Shown here piece by piece: positions 44,199-55,091 of a stretch of DNA of 64,000 nucleotides (position 1 is its first letter; every line of letters starts with the position of its first letter). Both the position numbers and the translations under genes were made by a program. Source of the DNA: Escherichia coli (GTDB taxonomy: Bacteria; Pseudomonadota; Gammaproteobacteria; Enterobacterales; Enterobacteriaceae). The notes under the pieces were generated by a model, which worked only from the letters and a program-made list of their open reading frames with translations, was not told where the DNA came from and made no database searches. The stretch is from assembly GCF_002854065.1 (NCBI RefSeq), contig NZ_CP024147.1. One strand, written 5' to 3'.

Positions 44199-45122
44199 TC
44201 AGAACGGCATTGATTTTCGAATAGCGTTAATCATCAACTGGCAACCAGAAGAGAACGTCGCATCTACGCGGGTCAGTATTCCAATCGGTTCGCCTGCACC
44301 ATGTCCCGGAACAGGCAGGGCCACCAGCGTGGCATGACGCAGGTCGTCTTTTACAGCGCCAGAAGGGACAAACCACACGTAATCGTATTCAACCGTAAGT
44401 TGACGGGATAGCGAAGCAGACAGCGTTTCGATACAACCCGAAGGAATTTTACATCCCTGGCTCTGCACTAATGCATCTGAATGCTGGCGTGGCGCAGTGC
44501 CTTCTGGTGATACAACGACCGGCCATTCCAGCACCCGGCTTAGCGTTACGTTCTCCTGAAGTAGCGGATGATTAGGGCGGACAACCAGCTTCAGCGATTC
44601 AAGAAACAGCAGTTCGTAATTAAGCCCGGTCATCAGTTCAGGATCTGACATCCGACCAATGCCGATATCGATTTCCCCGGTTTTCAAACCCGCCAGAATC
44701 ATAGGGTTACTCATTGTCGCAACTTGCAAGGTCGTCTCTTTTTGTTGCTGATGAAACTGACCTATAACCGAAGGTAATATCCCCAGTGCCGCAGTAGGTA
44801 GTGCACCAACCCTGACGACATCATTATTAGGACCTTCTTTACGATGAAGCGACTGTCCGGCAGTGTTGATGGCGTCAAGTACTCTGACTGCATGCGTTAA
44901 AAATTGTTCGCCGGGTAAGGTAAGTTGCGCCCCCTGACGACCACGCTCAAACAAGCGAGCGCCCGTCAGCTGCTCCAGTTCATTTAATGTCTTAGAGAGC
45001 GCAGGTTGACTCAAATTAAGGGTTTCAGCCGCGCGCCCCAAAGTTCCTTGTTGTGCGACAGCTACGAATGTATGAAGGTGGCGCAAACGGATGCGCTGAC
45101 TAAACAGACTATTTTTTTCCAT
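44199..45122 (-). CDS. ydcI: LysR-family transcriptional regulator YdcI
   Basis: 307 aa from MEKNSLFSQRIRLRHLHTFVAVAQQGTLGRAAETLNLSQ (LysR HTH). The ORF-track start at 45263 is an extension. Confidence 0.88.
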   Translation of the reverse strand: MEKNSLFSQRIRLRHLHTFVAVAQQGTLGRAAETLNLSQPALSKTLNELEQLTGARLFERGRQGAQLTLPGEQFLTHAVRVLDAINTAGQSLHRKEGPNNDVVRVGALPTAALGILPSVIGQFHQQQKETTLQVATMSNPMILAGLKTGEIDIGIGRMSDPELMTGLNYELLFLESLKLVVRPNHPLLQENVTLSRVLEWPVVVSPEGTAPRQHSDALVQSQGCKIPSGCIETLSASLSRQLTVEYDYVWFVPSGAVKDDLRHATLVALPVPGHGAGEPIGILTRVDATFSSGCQLMINAIRKSMPF

Positions 45123-45338
45123 AAGCGATGTTAAAAACGAAGCGGTGTCGCTGACAAGTGAAGTTGTTTGCTTATGATAACTTGATTGCAAAATATTATT
45201 AACAATTAAAGCAATTATGTTACAGCAAAATGGATAATATTGATGTTTTCGCGGCGAGATCACAGTTTGTAAATTCTTCCCGCCAGAGTGAATGCGGTTA
45301 CCTACACTCCAGATTACTGACCACTGGAGGCAGACACT

Positions 45339-46682
45339 ATGGCGAACAGCATCACGGCGGATGAGATTCGGGAACAGTTTTCGCAGGCAATGTCAGCCAT
45401 GTACCAGCAAGAAGTTCCGCAATATGGCACGCTGCTGGAACTGGTAGCTGATGTGAATCTGGCTGTGCTGGAAAACAATCCTCAACTGCACGAAAAAATG
45501 GTAAATGCAGACGAGCTGGCGCGACTGAATGTTGAACGTCATGGGGCGATTCGCGTTGGGACTGCACAAGAGCTTGCTACTCTTCGGCGGATGTTTGCCA
45601 TTATGGGGATGTACCCGGTGAGCTATTACGATCTCTCGCAGGCAGGGGTGCCGGTACATTCGACAGCATTTCGGCCCATTGATGATTCTTCTCTGGCGCG
45701 TAATCCCTTCCGCGTTTTTACCTCCTTACTCCGCCTTGAGCTTATCGAGGACGAAATTTTGCGCCAGAAAGCGGCGGAGATTCTGCGTCAGCGCGATATC
45801 TTCACCCCACGTTGTCGACAACTGTTAGAGGAGTATGACCAGCGGGGCGGTTTTAACGAAACACAGGCACAGGAGTTTGTGCAGGAAGCCCTGGAAACGT
45901 TTCGCTGGCACCAGTCAGCAACGGTAGATGAAGAAACCTATCGCGCCTTGCACAACGAACATCGGTTGATTGCTGATGTGGTCTGTTTTCCTGGATGCCA
46001 TATCAACCATCTGACGCCACGTACGCTGGATATTGACCGGGTGCAGTCGATGATGCCTGAATGCGGAATTGAACCAAAAATTCTGATCGAAGGGCCGCCG
46101 CGCCGCGAGGTACCGATTTTACTACGCCAGACCAGCTTTAAAGCACTGGAAGAGACGGTGTTGTTTGCGGGGCAGAAACAGGGCACGCATACTGCGCGCT
46201 TTGGTGAAATTGAGCAGCGTGGCGTGGCATTAACGCCGAAAGGGCGACAACTGTATGATGATCTTCTGCGTAACGCTGGAACCGGGCAGGATAATCTCAC
46301 TCACCAAATGCATTTACAGGAAACCTTCCGCACTTTTCCTGACAGTGAGTTTTTAATGCGTCAGCAAGGGCTGGCATGGTTCCGGTACCGTCTGACGCCT
46401 TCAGGTGAGGCGCATCGTCAGGCGATTCATCCCGGAGACGATCCACAGCCCTTAATTGAACGTGGTTGGGTCGCGGCGCAACCCATTACCTATGAAGATT
46501 TCTTGCCCGTTAGCGCGGCGGGGATCTTCCAGTCAAATCTGGGTAATGAAACGCAGGCGCGCAGCCACGGTAATGCCAGTCGCGAAGCATTTGAGCAGGC
46601 GTTGGGTTGTCCGGTTTTGGATGAGTTCCAGCTTTATCAGGAAGCGGAAGAACGCAGTAAACGTCGCTGTGGTTTGCTTTAA
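45339..46682 (+). CDS. ydcJ: DUF1338-family protein YdcJ
   Basis: 447-aa ORF divergent from ydcI. Confidence 0.82.
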   Translation: MANSITADEIREQFSQAMSAMYQQEVPQYGTLLELVADVNLAVLENNPQLHEKMVNADELARLNVERHGAIRVGTAQELATLRRMFAIMGMYPVSYYDLSQAGVPVHSTAFRPIDDSSLARNPFRVFTSLLRLELIEDEILRQKAAEILRQRDIFTPRCRQLLEEYDQRGGFNETQAQEFVQEALETFRWHQSATVDEETYRALHNEHRLIADVVCFPGCHINHLTPRTLDIDRVQSMMPECGIEPKILIEGPPRREVPILLRQTSFKALEETVLFAGQKQGTHTARFGEIEQRGVALTPKGRQLYDDLLRNAGTGQDNLTHQMHLQETFRTFPDSEFLMRQQGLAWFRYRLTPSGEAHRQAIHPGDDPQPLIERGWVAAQPITYEDFLPVSAAGIFQSNLGNETQARSHGNASREAFEQALGCPVLDEFQLYQEAEERSKRRCGLL

Positions 46683-46906
46683 ATTCTGACCATCCGCCTT
46701 TGCAAAAATTTGCCTGATTTTACAAACGAATCAGGCTCATCCCATCGACATAAAAAAATTCCCGATTTATGCATATTCTCTCAGTTCAACAATTGGATTA
46801 TTAATAAATATTGTCTAGAGTGAGCGGTCATAAATAAGCACTTTCTTGCCGCTGAAAACGACCAGCGCGGGACCATTCACAACACCAGAAGGACTCACTT
46901 TCAGGT

Positions 46907-48562
46907 ATGGATCGTAGACGATTTATTAAAGGTTCAATGGCTATGGCCGCCGTGTGCGGTACCAGCGGCATTGCTTCTCTTTTTTCTCAGGCGGCATTCG
47001 CGGCAGATTCTGATATTGCCGACGGGCAAACCCAGCGTTTTGACTTCTCCATTCTTCAGTCAATGGCGCATGACTTAGCGCAAACAGCGTGGCGTGGTGC
47101 GCCTCGTCCGTTACCTGACACTCTGGCGACAATGACGCCGCAGGCTTATAACAGTATTCAATACGACGCCGAGAAATCGCTCTGGCATAACGTTGAGAAC
47201 CGTCAACTGGACGCTCAGTTCTTCCATATGGGAATGGGATTCCGTCGCCGCGTTCGTATGTTTTCTGTAGATCCAGCAACACATCTGGCGCGTGAAATTC
47301 ACTTTCGCCCGGAGTTGTTCAAATACAACGATGCAGGTGTTGATACCAAACAATTAGAAGGGCAAAGCGATCTCGGCTTTGCCGGTTTTCGCGTGTTTAA
47401 AGCCCCCGAACTGGCGCGCCGTGATGTAGTATCATTCCTCGGCGCGAGTTATTTCCGCGCCGTTGATGATACATATCAATACGGTTTGTCGGCCCGCGGC
47501 CTGGCGATCGACACTTACACCGACAGTAAAGAAGAGTTCCCCGACTTTACCGCCTTCTGGTTTGATACGGTAAAACCGGGGGCAACTACCTTTACCGTTT
47601 ATGCGTTGCTCGATAGTGCCAGCATTACTGGTGCCTATAAGTTCACTATCCATTGTGAGAAAAGTCAGGTGATTATGGATGTGGAAAATCACCTGTATGC
47701 GCGCAAAGACATTAAACAGCTGGGCATTGCGCCGATGACCAGTATGTTCAGCTGCGGTACTAATGAACGTCGGATGTGCGACACCATTCATCCGCAAATT
47801 CATGACTCTGATCGTCTGTCCATGTGGCGGGGCAACGGCGAGTGGATTTGCCGTCCGCTGAATAATCCGCAAAAATTGCAGTTCAATGCTTACACCGACA
47901 ACAACCCGAAAGGGTTTGGTTTATTGCAACTGGATCGTGACTTCTCCCATTATCAGGACATTATGGGCTGGTATAACAAACGCCCAAGTCTGTGGGTGGA
48001 ACCGCGTAACAAGTGGGGTAAGGGCACCATCGGCCTGATGGAAATCCCAACAACGGGCGAAACGCTGGATAACATTGTCTGCTTCTGGCAGCCAGAAAAA
48101 GCTGTAAAGGCGGGTGATGAGTTTGCATTCCAGTATCGTCTGTACTGGAGTGCGCAACCGCCTGTTCATTGCCCATTAGCGCGCGTTATGGCGACGCGTA
48201 CCGGCATGGGCGGTTTCCCGGAAGGTTGGGCGCCAGGTGAACACTATCCCGAAAAATGGGCGCGTCGTTTTGCCGTCGATTTCGTTGGTGGTGATCTGAA
48301 AGCTGCCGCACCAAAAGGCATTGAGCCGGTGATTACGCTTTCCAGTGGGGAAGCGAAGCAAATCGAAATTCTTTATATTGAACCCATTGATGGTTATCGT
48401 ATTCAGTTTGACTGGTATCCGACGTCGGACTCCACTGATCCGGTCGATATGCGGATGTATCTGCGTTGTCAGGGCGACGCTATCAGTGAAACATGGCTGT
48501 ATCAGTATTTCCCGCCAGCGCCGGATAAACGTCAGTATGTTGACGACCGCGTGATGAGTTAA
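46907..48562 (+). CDS. opgD: Glucans biosynthesis protein D (periplasmic, Tat-exported)
   Basis: 551-aa ORF with twin-arginine signal [16 protein letters not shown]...AFA. Confidence 0.92.
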   Translation: MDRRRFIKGSMAMAAVCGTSGIASLFSQAAFAADSDIADGQTQRFDFSILQSMAHDLAQTAWRGAPRPLPDTLATMTPQAYNSIQYDAEKSLWHNVENRQLDAQFFHMGMGFRRRVRMFSVDPATHLAREIHFRPELFKYNDAGVDTKQLEGQSDLGFAGFRVFKAPELARRDVVSFLGASYFRAVDDTYQYGLSARGLAIDTYTDSKEEFPDFTAFWFDTVKPGATTFTVYALLDSASITGAYKFTIHCEKSQVIMDVENHLYARKDIKQLGIAPMTSMFSCGTNERRMCDTIHPQIHDSDRLSMWRGNGEWICRPLNNPQKLQFNAYTDNNPKGFGLLQLDRDFSHYQDIMGWYNKRPSLWVEPRNKWGKGTIGLMEIPTTGETLDNIVCFWQPEKAVKAGDEFAFQYRLYWSAQPPVHCPLARVMATRTGMGGFPEGWAPGEHYPEKWARRFAVDFVGGDLKAAAPKGIEPVITLSSGEAKQIEILYIEPIDGYRIQFDWYPTSDSTDPVDMRMYLRCQGDAISETWLYQYFPPAPDKRQYVDDRVMS

Positions 48563-48701
48563 TCGTTTTTTCTTCGGCACCTTCTTCGGGAGGTGCCGTC
48601 TGGTTAAACACGATCCCGCTCGCATTTTTCCCTAAGTTAAATGAGTAATCTGATGGTGTGTATTTCAGATACACCTTGTCAGCCACTAACAGGGAGTGCG
48701 T

Positions 48702-48926
48702 ATGTTTCCAGAATATCGAGATTTAATATCCCGTCTGAAAAACGAAAATCCTCGCTTTATGTCCTTGTTCGATAAACACAATAAACTTGATCATGAAATT
48801 GCCAGAAAGGAAGGTTCCGACGGTCGAGGGTACAATGCGGAAGTGGTCCGCATGAAAAAACAAAAGCTACAGTTAAAAGATGAGATGCTCAAAATCCTGC
48901 AGCAGGAGAGCGTCAAAGAGGTGTAA
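48702..48926 (+). CDS. ydcH: Small DUF465-family protein YdcH
   Basis: 74 aa from MFPEYRDLISRLKNENPRF... Confidence 0.8.
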   Translation: MFPEYRDLISRLKNENPRFMSLFDKHNKLDHEIARKEGSDGRGYNAEVVRMKKQKLQLKDEMLKILQQESVKEV

Positions 48927-48933
48927 ACTTTCC

Positions 48934-48958
48934 TAAGCCGCCAGCCAGGCGGCTTTTT
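48934..48958 (+). terminator. Rho-independent terminator downstream of ydcH
   Basis: AAGCCGCC-agccag-GCGGCTT hairpin followed by TTTTTT. Confidence 0.8.
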
Positions 48959-48985
48959 TAACAACTGCATGGATTGACTGGAGAT

Positions 48986-49525
48986 AAGATGACTGAAACG
49001 ATAAAAGTAAGCGAATCACTTGAATTACATGCTGTTGCAGAAAATCACGTCACTCCTCTTTATCAGTTAATCTGTAAAAATAAAACCTGGTTACAGCAGT
49101 CGCTAAACTGGCCGCAGTTCGTTCAGAGTGAAGAGGACACGCGAAAAACGGTGCAGGGTAATGTGATGTTGCATCAACGCGGCTATGCCAAAATGTTCAT
49201 GATTTTCAAAGAAGATGAACTTATCGGCGTTATCTCGTTTAATCGTATTGAACCACTGAATAAAACCGCTGAAATAGGCTACTGGCTGGACGAATCTCAT
49301 CAGGGGCAGGGGATCATTTCTCAGGCGCTGCAGGCACTGATTCATCATTACGCCCAGTCTGGTGAACTTAGACGCTTCGTGATCAAATGTCGGGTGGACA
49401 ATCCGCAAAGCAACCAGGTCGCTTTGCGCAATGGTTTTATCCTTGAAGGTTGCCTGAAACAGGCTGAGTTTCTGAATGATGCCTATGATGATGTGAACTT
49501 ATACGCGCGTATTATCGATTCATAA
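48986..49525 (+). CDS. rimL: Ribosomal protein L7/L12 serine N-acetyltransferase
   Basis: 179 aa from [16 protein letters not shown]...; GNAT fold. Confidence 0.88.
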   Translation, partial: KMTETIKVSESLELHAVAENHVTPLYQLICKNKTWLQQSLNWPQFVQSEEDTRKTVQGNVMLHQRGYAKMFMIFKEDELIGVISFNRIEPLNKTAEIGYWLDESHQGQGIISQALQALIHHYAQSGELRRFVIKCRVDNPQSNQVALRNGFILEGCLKQAEFLNDAYDDVNLYARIIDS

Positions 49526-50500
49526 TAACCCTGCCAGCGGCGTTCGCGTAATGCGCTCCTCGCCGTTAATGACTTTTGGACCACGGACATGAACCGTGTC
49601 GCCATCAAAGGCTTCAACGACGGCGTGGTCGGTTAACTCCACATGGTTTTCAATTATCACCGCACCTGTAATACGGCTCTCACCTTGTATTACAACCTGC
49701 TCGTCGAGCAGAATCGGTCCACCACGTACCACGGCATTTCCGCCAATCAAGACATGATGTTTTAACACACAATTACCTTCCACAATGGCATATTCCGCCA
49801 CCTGCGAACTGTAATGAATCGTTGGAATGGCATCTTCTTCTATGCCAGCTTTCACCTGCGCGTGACCGTAGACTTTAGCGCAATCGCATAGCCAGACGTT
49901 GTTCTCTTTATTACCTTCAATACTGGCAAAATCAAAAACTTCGGCGCGATGTTCAATAAAAGCATACCGGACGACGGCATCGCCATAAATTTGTGCCTGG
50001 TGGACAATACGCGAGGCGCTAATCCTTGCGCGATCATAAATTTGGAGCAGGAGTTGATGGTCGGGCGTTAAGCCTTGTGCTGCGACGATCATAGAATGTT
50101 GATTAATTAAGGCGTGACCAAATATTCTACATTGCCCGCAAACCAGTGAGTCATGAATGGTGACACTGTCACTTATATATGCACCCTGGCTGATTTCACT
50201 ATTATCGATCCAGACATTATCCGTTGCGTAAACCTCTCCCCACAGCACGCTGGTGCCGGTGATGCGCGTATTACCGGAAATCACCGCTCCGCCGAACGCA
50301 ATAGCATTCTGGTCGTAAATCCAGCAATTTCCTTCCTGTGCTAACACCGTTTCGCGATCGATCCAGCCGCCAGCGGTTCCTGCTATCACATCGTTAAAAT
50401 CGCTCATGGCGATAATCTGCCGTAATAACACACTTTTTTTAGTGCCATCATCCTGATAACTAAAGGCTCGCTGGTCTTCACTTAGACGATATTTGCGCAT
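49520..50500 (-). CDS. ydcK: Hexapeptide-repeat (left-handed beta-helix) protein YdcK
   Basis: 326-aa ORF with repeated [LIV]-G-x4 hexapeptide motifs; 3-prime end overlaps rimL by 6 bp (convergent). Confidence 0.85.
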   Translation of the reverse strand: MRKYRLSEDQRAFSYQDDGTKKSVLLRQIIAMSDFNDVIAGTAGGWIDRETVLAQEGNCWIYDQNAIAFGGAVISGNTRITGTSVLWGEVYATDNVWIDNSEISQGAYISDSVTIHDSLVCGQCRIFGHALINQHSMIVAAQGLTPDHQLLLQIYDRARISASRIVHQAQIYGDAVVRYAFIEHRAEVFDFASIEGNKENNVWLCDCAKVYGHAQVKAGIEEDAIPTIHYSSQVAEYAIVEGNCVLKHHVLIGGNAVVRGGPILLDEQVVIQGESRITGAVIIENHVELTDHAVVEAFDGDTVHVRGPKVINGEERITRTPLAGLL

Positions 50501-50623
50501 AGCGTTTTCCCACAGGTGACTTACTATAACCGTAGCAAATTCTGCGGCTCTGGCTATGCTCGAGAAAATTCCATAAAATGCATTTCAAATATACTTTATA
50601 AATTAAACAAAATGAGTAAGAAG

Positions 50624-51616
50624 ATGCAGAGCGATAAAGTGCTCAATTTGCCGGCAGGCTACTTTGGTATTGTGTTGGGGACGATAGGAATGGGATTTGC
50701 CTGGCGCTATGCCAGTCAGGTTTGGCAGGTCAGCCACTGGTTAGGGGATGGGCTGGTGATTCTGGCGATGATCATCTGGGGATTATTGACTAGCGCATTT
50801 ATTACCCGACTCATACGCTTTCCGCATAGCGTGCTGGCGGAAGTTCGCCATCCAGTGCTGAGCAGTTTTGTGAGTTTGTTTCCGGCAACGACGATGCTGG
50901 TGGCGATTGGTTTTGTTCCGTGGTTTCGCCCACTGGCGGTGTGCCTGTTCAGTTTTGGTGTCGTGGTTCAGTTGGCTTATGCCGCCTGGCAAACTGCGGG
51001 ATTATGGCGCGGATCTCACCCTGAAGAAGCTACCACGCCTGGACTGTATCTGCCGACAGTTGCCAACAACTTTATCAGCGCAATGGCCTGTGGTGCGTTG
51101 GGCTACACCGACGCCGGTCTGGTGTTTTTAGGCGCAGGCGTTTTCTCATGGCTAAGCCTTGAACCGGTGATCTTGCAGCGTCTGCGCAGTTCGGGAGAAT
51201 TACCCACGGCACTGCGGACATCTCTCGGCATTCAACTCGCTCCTGCGCTGGTGGCCTGTAGTGCCTGGCTGAGCGTCAACGGCGGCGAGGGTGACACGCT
51301 GGCGAAAATGCTTTTCGGTTATGGACTGCTGCAACTGCTGTTTATGCTACGTCTGATGCCATGGTATCTCTCCCAGCCATTTAATGCTTCATTCTGGAGT
51401 TTCTCGTTCGGCGTATCTGCACTGGCAACCACCGGTTTGCATCTGGGGAGTGGCAGCGATAATGGATTTTTCCATACGCTGGCGGTGCCGCTGTTTATCT
51501 TTACCAATTTTATTATTGCAATACTGCTCATCCGTACTTTTGCGCTTCTGATGCAGGGAAAATTGTTAGTCAGAACCGAGCGCGCCGTTTTAATGAAAGC
51601 AGAGGACAAAGAATGA
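50624..51616 (+). CDS. tehA: Tellurite resistance protein TehA (ion channel/efflux family)
   Basis: 330 aa from [30 protein letters not shown]; ten-TM protein. Confidence 0.9.
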   Translation: MQSDKVLNLPAGYFGIVLGTIGMGFAWRYASQVWQVSHWLGDGLVILAMIIWGLLTSAFITRLIRFPHSVLAEVRHPVLSSFVSLFPATTMLVAIGFVPWFRPLAVCLFSFGVVVQLAYAAWQTAGLWRGSHPEEATTPGLYLPTVANNFISAMACGALGYTDAGLVFLGAGVFSWLSLEPVILQRLRSSGELPTALRTSLGIQLAPALVACSAWLSVNGGEGDTLAKMLFGYGLLQLLFMLRLMPWYLSQPFNASFWSFSFGVSALATTGLHLGSGSDNGFFHTLAVPLFIFTNFIIAILLIRTFALLMQGKLLVRTERAVLMKAEDKE

Positions 51617-52206
51617 TTATTCGTGACGAAAACTATTTTACTGATAAATATGAATTAACCCGCACACACTCTGAAGTACTGGAAGCGGTGAAAGTGGTTA
51701 AACCGGGTAAAACGCTGGATCTGGGCTGTGGCAATGGTCGTAACAGTCTTTACCTGGCAGCCAATGGTTATGATGTTGACGCATGGGATAAAAATGCCAT
51801 GAGTATCGCCAACGTCGAGCGCATTAAATCTATTGAAAATCTGGATAATTTACACACTCGGGTCGTTGATCTGAATAACCTCACATTTGCTGGACAGTAC
51901 GATTTTATTCTTTCGACTGTGGTGCTGATGTTCCTTGAGGCTAAAACCATCCCAGGGCTGATTGCTAATATGCAACGTTGCACTAAACCTGGCGGTTACA
52001 ACCTGATTGTGGCGGCGATGGATACCGCTGATTATCCATGTACCGTCGGCTTCCCGTTTGCCTTCAAAGAGGGAGAATTACGTCGATATTACGAAGGCTG
52101 GGAGAGGGTGAAATACAATGAAGACGTCGGCGAGCTGCACCGCACCGACGCCAACGGTAATCGTATTAAACTGCGTTTCGCCACGATGCTGGCACGTAAA
52201 AAATGA
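51613..52206 (+). CDS. tehB: Tellurite methyltransferase TehB (SAM-dependent)
   Basis: 197-aa ORF with methyltransferase motif [11 protein letters not shown]; 4-bp overlap with the tehA stop. Confidence 0.92.
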   Translation: MIIRDENYFTDKYELTRTHSEVLEAVKVVKPGKTLDLGCGNGRNSLYLAANGYDVDAWDKNAMSIANVERIKSIENLDNLHTRVVDLNNLTFAGQYDFILSTVVLMFLEAKTIPGLIANMQRCTKPGGYNLIVAAMDTADYPCTVGFPFAFKEGELRRYYEGWERVKYNEDVGELHRTDANGNRIKLRFATMLARKK

Positions 52207-52509
52207 CCCGGTAAGAACAAAGCGCGTGAAAATTCCCCACGCTGAGATGGTTTACTGTCCTTCTTTTCGGTAAGCATATTTTTTATCGAAGGGATGTGAA
52301 ATTAATCACAGTAGTCGAAGTTTTTTAGCAGCTTAACTTACTGAAATTTAACTACTGATGATTGACTTAGCCCCTTTTGCGGCATTGACTATGTCGTCTG
52401 AAAAGGGGCTAAAAAAATTTATTTTCACCAACACTTTTTTTGCCACAACACGAAGCGGCGCTTTTTGCTATAACTTAAAAAGTAATATAATCATCTCAGG
52501 AAACTATTC

Positions 52510-53178
52510 ATGCGTACCACATCATTTGCGAAAGTTGCAGCTTTATGCGGCTTGTTGGCTCTGTCTGGTTGTGCCTCTAAAATCACCCAGCCAGATAAAT
52601 ATTCTGGTTTTTTAAACAATTACTCTGATTTAAAAGAAACAACCTCGGCTACAGGTAAACCGGTTTTACGTTGGGTAGACCCGAGTTTTGATCAAAGCAA
52701 ATATGACAGCATCGTCTGGAACCCAATCACTTATTATCCGGTACCGAAACCTTCGACCCAGGTAGGGCAGAAAGTTCTGGGTAAAATTTTGAACTATACC
52801 AACACCGAAATGAAAGAAGCGATAGCGCAGCGTAAACCACTGGTTACCACCGCGGGGCCGCGTAGTCTGATTTTCCGTGGGGCCATTACCGGTGTAGATA
52901 CCAGTAAAGAAGGGCTGCAATTCTATGAAGTGGTTCCTGTTGCATTAGTGGTTGCGGGGACGCAAATGGCTACAGGCCACCGTACCATGGATACACGCTT
53001 GTATTTTGAAGGTGAGCTGATTGATGCAGCGACTAATAAACCGGTTATCAAAGTCGTTCGTCAGGGCGAAGGTAAAGACCTGAATAACGAAAGTACGCCA
53101 ATGGCTTTCGAAAATATTAAACAAGTTATTGATGACATGGCGACCGATGCCACCATGTTTGACGTTAACAAAAAGTAG
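52510..53178 (+). CDS. ydcL: Lipoprotein YdcL (DUF3313)
   Basis: 222-aa ORF with lipobox LALSGC. Confidence 0.85.
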   Translation: MRTTSFAKVAALCGLLALSGCASKITQPDKYSGFLNNYSDLKETTSATGKPVLRWVDPSFDQSKYDSIVWNPITYYPVPKPSTQVGQKVLGKILNYTNTEMKEAIAQRKPLVTTAGPRSLIFRGAITGVDTSKEGLQFYEVVPVALVVAGTQMATGHRTMDTRLYFEGELIDAATNKPVIKVVRQGEGKDLNNESTPMAFENIKQVIDDMATDATMFDVNKK

Positions 53179-53186
53179 TTCCAGAC

Positions 53187-53211
53187 GCGCCATCGTTAGA
53201 TGGCGCTTTTT
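53187..53211 (+). terminator. Rho-independent terminator between the convergent ydcL and ydcO
   Basis: GCGCCATC-gtta-GATGGCGC perfect 8-bp stem followed by TTTTT. Confidence 0.8.
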
Positions 53212-53212
53212 A

Positions 53213-54391
53213 TTATCGGTTTCTGTCAGCGATTAAATTCAACACCACGTAACAAACGCCTCCGGCAATTAATCCCCAAAACGCAGAACCAATCCCGACC
53301 AGCGTCAATCCACTTGCCGTTACCAGAAATGCCACCACCGCCGCGTCGCGCTCACGCTCACGCTCATTATGCAGCGCCTGATACAAACTGCCGCCAATGG
53401 TACTCAACAGCGCCAGACCTGCCAGCATCTGGATCCAACTTACGGGCAGGGCAGCCATCATCCCGGTAATGGCACTACCAAACAGACCTGCGAGCAAATA
53501 GAAAATGCCTGCAACGGCAGCTGCCAGCCAACGTTGGTCTTTATCCGGATGCGCTTCCGGGCTTTGGCAAATAGCCGCGGTGATTGCCGCAATACCGACG
53601 GAATAAACGCCGAAAGGGGAAAAAACCAGTGCCAGCAATCCAGTAAATACAATTAATGGCGAAACAGGAGCCGAATATCCGGCTGCTTTCATTGCTGCGA
53701 TACCCGGTGCGTTTTGCGATGCCATCGTCACCAGAAAAAGGGGGAGTGCAACGCTCAGGCTGTGAGCAAACGAAAAATCAGGGGTAATATAAGTGGGGAG
53801 AACGGGTTTAAAGACAACATCAGTTGTGACAACGTCACCTTGCGCGATAACGATCACGATCCCAATAATCATCGCGGCAATTACCGCATAGCGCGGCGCA
53901 ACGGCCTTGGTTGCCAGCCATACCAGCAACATACTTCCACACAACGTAAATTGACCGTCCAGACTGGCAAACGCCTGTAAACCAAAGCGTAATAAAATCC
54001 CGGCAAGCATTGCCGCCGCAAGCGAGTGCGGAATAATGCGCATCAGACGAGCAAAGAGTCCCGTTATGCCGCAGAGGACTATTAACGCGTTGGTGACAAT
54101 AAAAACGCCGATGGCTTCGTTAAGTGTTAGTCCCTGCAATCCGGTGACCAACAAAGCCGCGCCAGGCGTTGACCATGCGGTGAGAACAGGTACGCGATAC
54201 CATAATGTCAGAGTCAGCGTACTGACGCCCATTGCCAGCCCCAGCGCCGTCATCCAGCCAGAGATTTGTGCAGTGGTGGCTCCGGCGACAATCGCTGCTT
54301 GCCAGATTATTGCCGCTGAACTGGCGTAGCCAATTAATACCGCCAGAAACCCCGCCAGTAGCGTGGGTGGAGGAACAGAAAACAGACGCAT
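53213..54391 (-). CDS. ydcO: BenE-family inner-membrane transporter YdcO
   Basis: About 392 aa from MRLFSVPPPTLLAGFLAVLIGY..., highly hydrophobic multi-TM protein. The ORF-track start at 54514 is an extension. Confidence 0.85.
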   Translation of the reverse strand: MRLFSVPPPTLLAGFLAVLIGYASSAAIIWQAAIVAGATTAQISGWMTALGLAMGVSTLTLTLWYRVPVLTAWSTPGAALLVTGLQGLTLNEAIGVFIVTNALIVLCGITGLFARLMRIIPHSLAAAMLAGILLRFGLQAFASLDGQFTLCGSMLLVWLATKAVAPRYAVIAAMIIGIVIVIAQGDVVTTDVVFKPVLPTYITPDFSFAHSLSVALPLFLVTMASQNAPGIAAMKAAGYSAPVSPLIVFTGLLALVFSPFGVYSVGIAAITAAICQSPEAHPDKDQRWLAAAVAGIFYLLAGLFGSAITGMMAALPVSWIQMLAGLALLSTIGGSLYQALHNERERERDAAVVAFLVTASGLTLVGIGSAFWGLIAGGVCYVVLNLIADRNR

Positions 54392-54482
54392 AGTCACCTC
54401 GTGCGTTATAGCGTACAGGCACCGTAGCATTTGTCCGTTATAACGCACAAGTGATAAACTTCCGTTTTGCCGGAGGAGTCGC

Positions 54483-55019
54483 ATGGAAAATCTCGCTCGC
54501 TTTTTATCCACCACACTTAAACAACTACGTCAGCAGCGCGGCTGGAGTCTTTCGCGACTGGCAGAAGCGACGGGCGTTTCTAAAGCAATGTTAGGACAGA
54601 TTGAGCGTAATGAGTCCAGCCCGACGGTCGCGACATTATGGAAAATTGCCACTGGGTTGAACGTGCCCTTTTCGACATTTATTTCTCCGCCACAGTCCGC
54701 TACGCCTTCAGTTTATGATCCACAACAGCAGGCGATGGTGATCACTTCGCTGTTTCCTTATGATCCACAACTCTGCTTTGAACACTTCTCGATTCAGATG
54801 GCACCCGGTGCAATAAGCGAATCGACGCCCCATGAGAAGGGGGTAATCGAACATGTCGTCGTCATTGATGGACAACTTGATCTGTGCGTTGATGGTGAAT
54901 GGCAGACCCTTAATTGTGGGGAAGGCGTTCGATTTGCTGCAGACGTCACGCATATCTATCGTAATGGTGGGGAGCAAACCGTACATTTTCATTCCCTCAT
55001 CCATTACCCGCGCAGTTAA
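54483..55019 (+). CDS. sutR: XRE-family HTH regulator with cupin domain (sulfur-utilisation regulator)
   Basis: 178-aa ORF with N-terminal HTH (LSRLAEATGVSKAMLGQIERNESSPT) and C-terminal cupin; divergent from ydcO. Confidence 0.85.
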   Translation: MENLARFLSTTLKQLRQQRGWSLSRLAEATGVSKAMLGQIERNESSPTVATLWKIATGLNVPFSTFISPPQSATPSVYDPQQQAMVITSLFPYDPQLCFEHFSIQMAPGAISESTPHEKGVIEHVVVIDGQLDLCVDGEWQTLNCGEGVRFAADVTHIYRNGGEQTVHFHSLIHYPRS

Positions 55020-55091
55020 GCGGGAAAACTATTTCGCAACGTCGCGCTTGTGGCTAAAATAGCCGCCATTTTTCAGCTACTGGATAAGAAT

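Noticed and set aside
46456-46689. 77-aa ORF at the 3-prime end of ydcJ and other short internal ORFs across the window
   Set aside because: Alternative-frame ORFs nested inside confidently identified genes; no independent support.
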